Shown in pieces: positions 60,926 to 64,000 of a DNA stretch of 64,000 nt (position 1 is the first letter of the stretch; each line of letters opens with the position of its first letter). Under the pieces are notes generated by a model. It did no database searches and was not told where the DNA came from. It was given only the letters and a program-made list of their open reading frames with translations. A program made the position numbers and the translations under genes. Source of the DNA: Planctomycetota bacterium (GTDB lineage Bacteria; Planctomycetota; MHYJ01; WSZJ01; JACPWG01); NCBI GenBank assembly GCA_016197205.1, contig JACPWG010000133.1:2777-66776 (forward strand), given 5' to 3'.

Positions 60926-62094
60926 TTCAGGCTCTCGACGTTGCCGTTCTTGAGCACCGTCAGAAAGACGTGATCCGAACCCTGGTTATCCTTGGCGTCG
61001 AACTCCAACTCGAAGCCGCCGAGGTCATACTTTCCGGAGTGGCGCACCGTCTGGAGGAAAGCGGCGCGCGTCGGCTCCCCTTCCATGCGGGAGAGCGTCT
61101 CGCACACCAGCCGCGCCGCGAGGTAGCCCTCCAGGGCCACCGGGCCGATGTCGGCCTCCTTCCCCGCCTTGCGCATGTCTTCCTGAAACTCCTTGACGAG
61201 GGGAAGCGCGGGCTCGCTCGGATCGGGCACGACCTGCGAGACCACGACCCCTTCCCCCATGCAACCCAGCTCACAGCAAAGATCGCCGGCCCCGGTGAAG
61301 GAGTACGCGAGATACCGCGTCCCCTGGAACGCCTCGTTCATCCGCGCGGCCTTCACGAACGTGGCCAGCGGACGATAGGTGCCGACCATGACCACGGCCT
61401 CGGGCTTCGCCTCCGCGATCCGATTGATACCCTCCGCGATCGCAATGGTGTTCCGAGGGAAGTTCCCGGTCGCCACCAGCTCGAGCTTGCGTCGGCCGAG
61501 CGCCGCCCGAATCGCCGCGAGGCCCGCCTCCCCGAACGAATCGCTCTGGTACAGGCAGGCAACCCGCTGGAGTTCCGAGCGGTCCACCAGGAAGCGCGCC
61601 ATCTCCTCCCCCTCCTGGTCGTAGCTCGCCCGCAGGTTCACGACGAACTCCTGGCCGGCTTCGCGCAGGAAATTGGCGCCGGTAAGCGGGGCGACAAAGG
61701 GAACGCGGTCCTTGGTGCAAAGGGGCAAGGCGACCTGCGACGTCGGCGTGCCCACTTCCCCCACGAGCGCGAACACGCGGTCATCGTGAATGAGCCGCTC
61801 GGTGTTGACCTCGGCCTTCTTGGGCTCGTAGGCGTCATCGTAGGTCACCAGCTCGAGCCGCCGGCGTCGGATGCCTCCGGCCTGATTCACGCGCTGGAAA
61901 TAGGCGAGCAACCCGCTCCGCATGCGAAGCCCGAGACCGGCCGACGGACCGGTCAGGGCGCAGGACTGGCCGAGGAGGAGCTGCTCTGCCGTGACGCCGT
62001 CCTCCGCGCGGGCCGCAGGCGCAATGCCGAGCGCGAGGAGAAACAGGAGGAGCGTCGCTGGGGGCCAGGCGTTGGCTCGGAAACCATGGAGCAT
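60922..62094 (-). CDS. ABC transporter periplasmic substrate-binding protein (Leu/Ile/Val-binding type I fold)
   Basis: Signal peptide. Collinear by eye with LivJ/K-type substrate-binding proteins. Its stop overlaps the next ATG (ATGA). Confidence 0.8.
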   Translation of the reverse strand: MLHGFRANAWPPATLLLFLLALGIAPAARAEDGVTAEQLLLGQSCALTGPSAGLGLRMRSGLLAYFQRVNQAGGIRRRRLELVTYDDAYEPKKAEVNTERLIHDDRVFALVGEVGTPTSQVALPLCTKDRVPFVAPLTGANFLREAGQEFVVNLRASYDQEGEEMARFLVDRSELQRVACLYQSDSFGEAGLAAIRAALGRRKLELVATGNFPRNTIAIAEGINRIAEAKPEAVVMVGTYRPLATFVKAARMNEAFQGTRYLAYSFTGAGDLCCELGCMGEGVVVSQVVPDPSEPALPLVKEFQEDMRKAGKEADIGPVALEGYLAARLVCETLSRMEGEPTRAAFLQTVRHSGKYDLGGFELEFDAKDNQGSDHVFLTVLKNGNVESLK

Positions 62095-62110
62095 CCGGCG
62101 TCTCCGCTTT

Positions 62111-62255
62111 GCGCCCGCGCAAGAATTACTTTACATTTTCGTGGATCGACCGATGCCTGGGGGCGCGGGCCGCCGGCCCGCGCAGCGCGGCCCAGAGGGC
62201 CGCGCCCCCAGGAGCCTCGATGTCCGAGTCTGCGCAGTTATTTTTGCGCGGGCGC
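62111..62255 (+). repeat. R2 family MITE-like element, copy c
   Basis: Starts 17 nt upstream of the ATG of the substrate-binding protein gene. Confidence 0.8.
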
Positions 62256-62449
62256 TTTGCGACTCGGCAGGCCTGACGCGAGCAACCGCGGCCACTACCT
62301 GCCTGGGTCGCGGCCCTCGGATGTTCGTAAGCTGTGAAATCGTCGCTGCTCGGTGTCACGACCGCGCGGGAGCTTTTGCTGCTTCGGCAACGGATTTTCC
62401 CCTGCGGGCAATCGGTTGCGAGCCCGAACCCGAGGGAACCGAAGGACGC

Positions 62450-62542
62450 GCTGAGACCGCTCCCTCACGGTCGCGGTTCGGATCGGCTGTACCGGTCGAT
62501 TCGCAAGCGTTTCGTCCTTCGGTGTCTTCGGTGGCTCGTCCC
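62450..62542 (-). repeat. Composite repeat (REP unit plus GAGCCACCGAAGAC module), reverse orientation
   Basis: Reverse complement of the 7870-7980 arrangement. Confidence 0.65.
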
Positions 62543-62610
62543 TTGGGTTGCGGCCGGCGGCTGCGCTGGGAAGTCCGTGGTTGCCGTGGTGCTCGATCCA
62601 CTCGCGAGCC

Positions 62611-64000
62611 TCACTTCACCGGCACGACCACGCGAAACCCGACGTCGGGGCCGCGCGCGTACGACGGCAACCAGAAACGCGCCGCGGACCGGGCGAAGAG
62701 CGCGCCGTAGTTCCAGGCCCCGCCGCGAAGCACGCGGTTGTCCCCGACCGTGGGCGCGGCGTCCTCCGAGGGGCCGAGGTCCGCGTACGCGGTCTCGGCG
62801 TACCCGTCCTCGCACCATTCCCAGACGTTGCCGTGCAGGTCGTACAGGCCCCAGACGTTCGGCGCGAAGGTGCCGACCGGCACGGTCCGGTTGCGGAACT
62901 CGCCGCGCGGCGCCGCGCCGTAGACGTACTGGCCGTGGACGTTCGCTTCCCTCGAGCTCAACGTGGCGCCGGTGGAAAAAGGCGTCGTGGTCCCGGCCCG
63001 ACAGGCGTACTCGAATTGCGCCTCGGTCGGCAGCCGCACCTCGCGACCCGTCGTCCGGCCGAGCTTGAGGCAGAAGCCCTTGGCCTCGTCCCACGAGACG
63101 TTTTCCACGGGCGACATGGGGTCCTTGAAGCGGCTCGGGTTCGAGCCCATCACGCGGGACCATTGCGTCTGCGTGACTTCGTACCTGCCCATGTAAAAGG
63201 CATGCGAAATCGTGACCTCGCGAAGCGGCTCTTCATCGAGCGAACGCCCGAGCTCGTCGACCGGGCTCCCCATGGCCAGCTTGCCCGCGGGCACCCAGGC
63301 GAGGGGAATGCTCACGCCGCTGCCGAGGTCGAGCGCGAGCTCTTTCGCCGCCTCGGGTCCCTGCCCCGCGGTCGGAAGCCCGGGCGCCACCGGCGCAGGG
63401 TGCGTAGGCGGTTTCGCCTCGTGCGTCGAGCTCGGCCGCATCGCCAGGTACACGCCCCCTGCGGCGAGCAAGGCGACCGCCGCGGGCAGCAGCGCCACCG
63501 GCACGCGTCGCGCCGCGGGCGCGTACACGGCCCCCGGCATGGGCGTAGGGGCGGCGAGCGGGCCGGGCCCAGGCGCGGCGGAAACGGCGGGCAAGGGCGT
63601 GGCAACGGCGGCCCCGGCGGCGGGCGCCACCCGACCGGAGGCCGACGCCGGCGCCGGGCTCGTTCCGGAGCTCATCGGCAGCGGGCCGCGACCCAGCTCC
63701 GCGTCCAGCGTCGTGACATCCACTTGCCCCTTCCCGACCTCTTGGGCCTCGACCAGCGCGTGGATCTCCTGCACGGCCTGCACGTGGGTGTCCGGGTGGG
63801 CTCGCAGGGCGTTCGCCGCGACCTTCAAGGCCGCGAGCAGCGCGTGTGCGTCCACGAACCGCTGCTTCGGCTCCTTGGACAAGCAACGGTCGAGGAGGGC
63901 GACCGTGAGGTCCGAGACGTCGGGCCGGACCTCGCGGAGGGGCTGGGGGGGCTGGTGCAGCGTGGCCAGGATCGTCTGCATCGCCGTGCTCCCGTGGAAC
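62611..64000 (-). CDS. Ser/Thr protein kinase (C-lobe only in window) - TM - formylglycine-generating-enzyme (FGE/SUMF1) domain fusion, 5' partial
   Basis: The kinase tail CLSKEPKQRF continues past the window end. Pro/Ala linker and TM ALLPAAVALLAAGGVYLA. FGE motifs RLPTEAQFEYACRAG and GLYDLHGNVWEWCED. Confidence 0.85.
   Translation of the reverse strand, partial: FHGSTAMQTILATLHQPPQPLREVRPDVSDLTVALLDRCLSKEPKQRFVDAHALLAALKVAANALRAHPDTHVQAVQEIHALVEAQEVGKGQVDVTTLDAELGRGPLPMSSGTSPAPASASGRVAPAAGAAVATPLPAVSAAPGPGPLAAPTPMPGAVYAPAARRVPVALLPAAVALLAAGGVYLAMRPSSTHEAKPPTHPAPVAPGLPTAGQGPEAAKELALDLGSGVSIPLAWVPAGKLAMGSPVDELGRSLDEEPLREVTISHAFYMGRYEVTQTQWSRVMGSNPSRFKDPMSPVENVSWDEAKGFCLKLGRTTGREVRLPTEAQFEYACRAGTTTPFSTGATLSSREANVHGQYVYGAAPRGEFRNRTVPVGTFAPNVWGLYDLHGNVWEWCEDGYAETAYADLGPSEDAAPTVGDNRVLRGGAWNYGALFARSAARFWLPSYARGPDVGFRVVVPVK

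Noticed and set aside
1-64000. tRNA, rRNA or tmRNA genes
   Set aside because: I scanned the intergenic regions for T-arm (GGTTCGAATCC-like) and acceptor/CCA contexts and for rRNA-like conserved blocks. The only GGTTCGA-like strings lie inside coding regions or lack cloverleaf partners.

Overview
Very GC-rich bacterial chromosomal window; gene content and repeat style look PVC/Planctomycetota-like, which is inference only. All family calls come from motifs read by eye, with no database search. I support about 52 protein-coding genes and found no tRNA, rRNA or cas genes. Main blocks in order: (1) a tightly coupled operon of a DUF4190-type membrane protein, a Snf7/ESCRT-III-like protein and a MIT-AAA Vps4-like ATPase (1-2808). 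(2) A REC-REC-DHp signalling protein. (3) An exopolysaccharide export locus with FecR-like, OM barrel, Wza, Wzc and PHP phosphatase genes (5441-12117). (4) A roughly 1385-aa secreted HEAT-repeat protein. (5) A minus-strand cluster coupling a G3E GTPase, a Cys protein, a 2x[4Fe-4S] ferredoxin, a radical SAM enzyme, a DUF116-polyprenyl synthase fusion, a prenyltransferase-repeat protein, a squalene-hopene-cyclase-family cyclase and a cysteine desulfurase (17351-27235). (6) Tandem GT-C-like membrane paralogs. (7) An SdpR/ArsR module with two tiny membrane peptides. (8) A thiolase/HACD/ECH/ACAD/ETF operon in which two genes are truncated exactly at repeat elements. (9) A PhaR-phasin-SCP2-acyltransferase lipid/PHA-granule-like locus that shares a palindromic operator with the thiolase and ADH promoters. 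(10) Hydrolases, XerD, a solute-binding protein and a kinase-FGE fusion. Intergenic space is packed with several MITE-like repeat families and with hairpins whose arms are tandem heptamers. The two most interesting candidates are the ESCRT-III/Vps4-like operon and the terpenoid/Fe-S/radical-SAM cluster.
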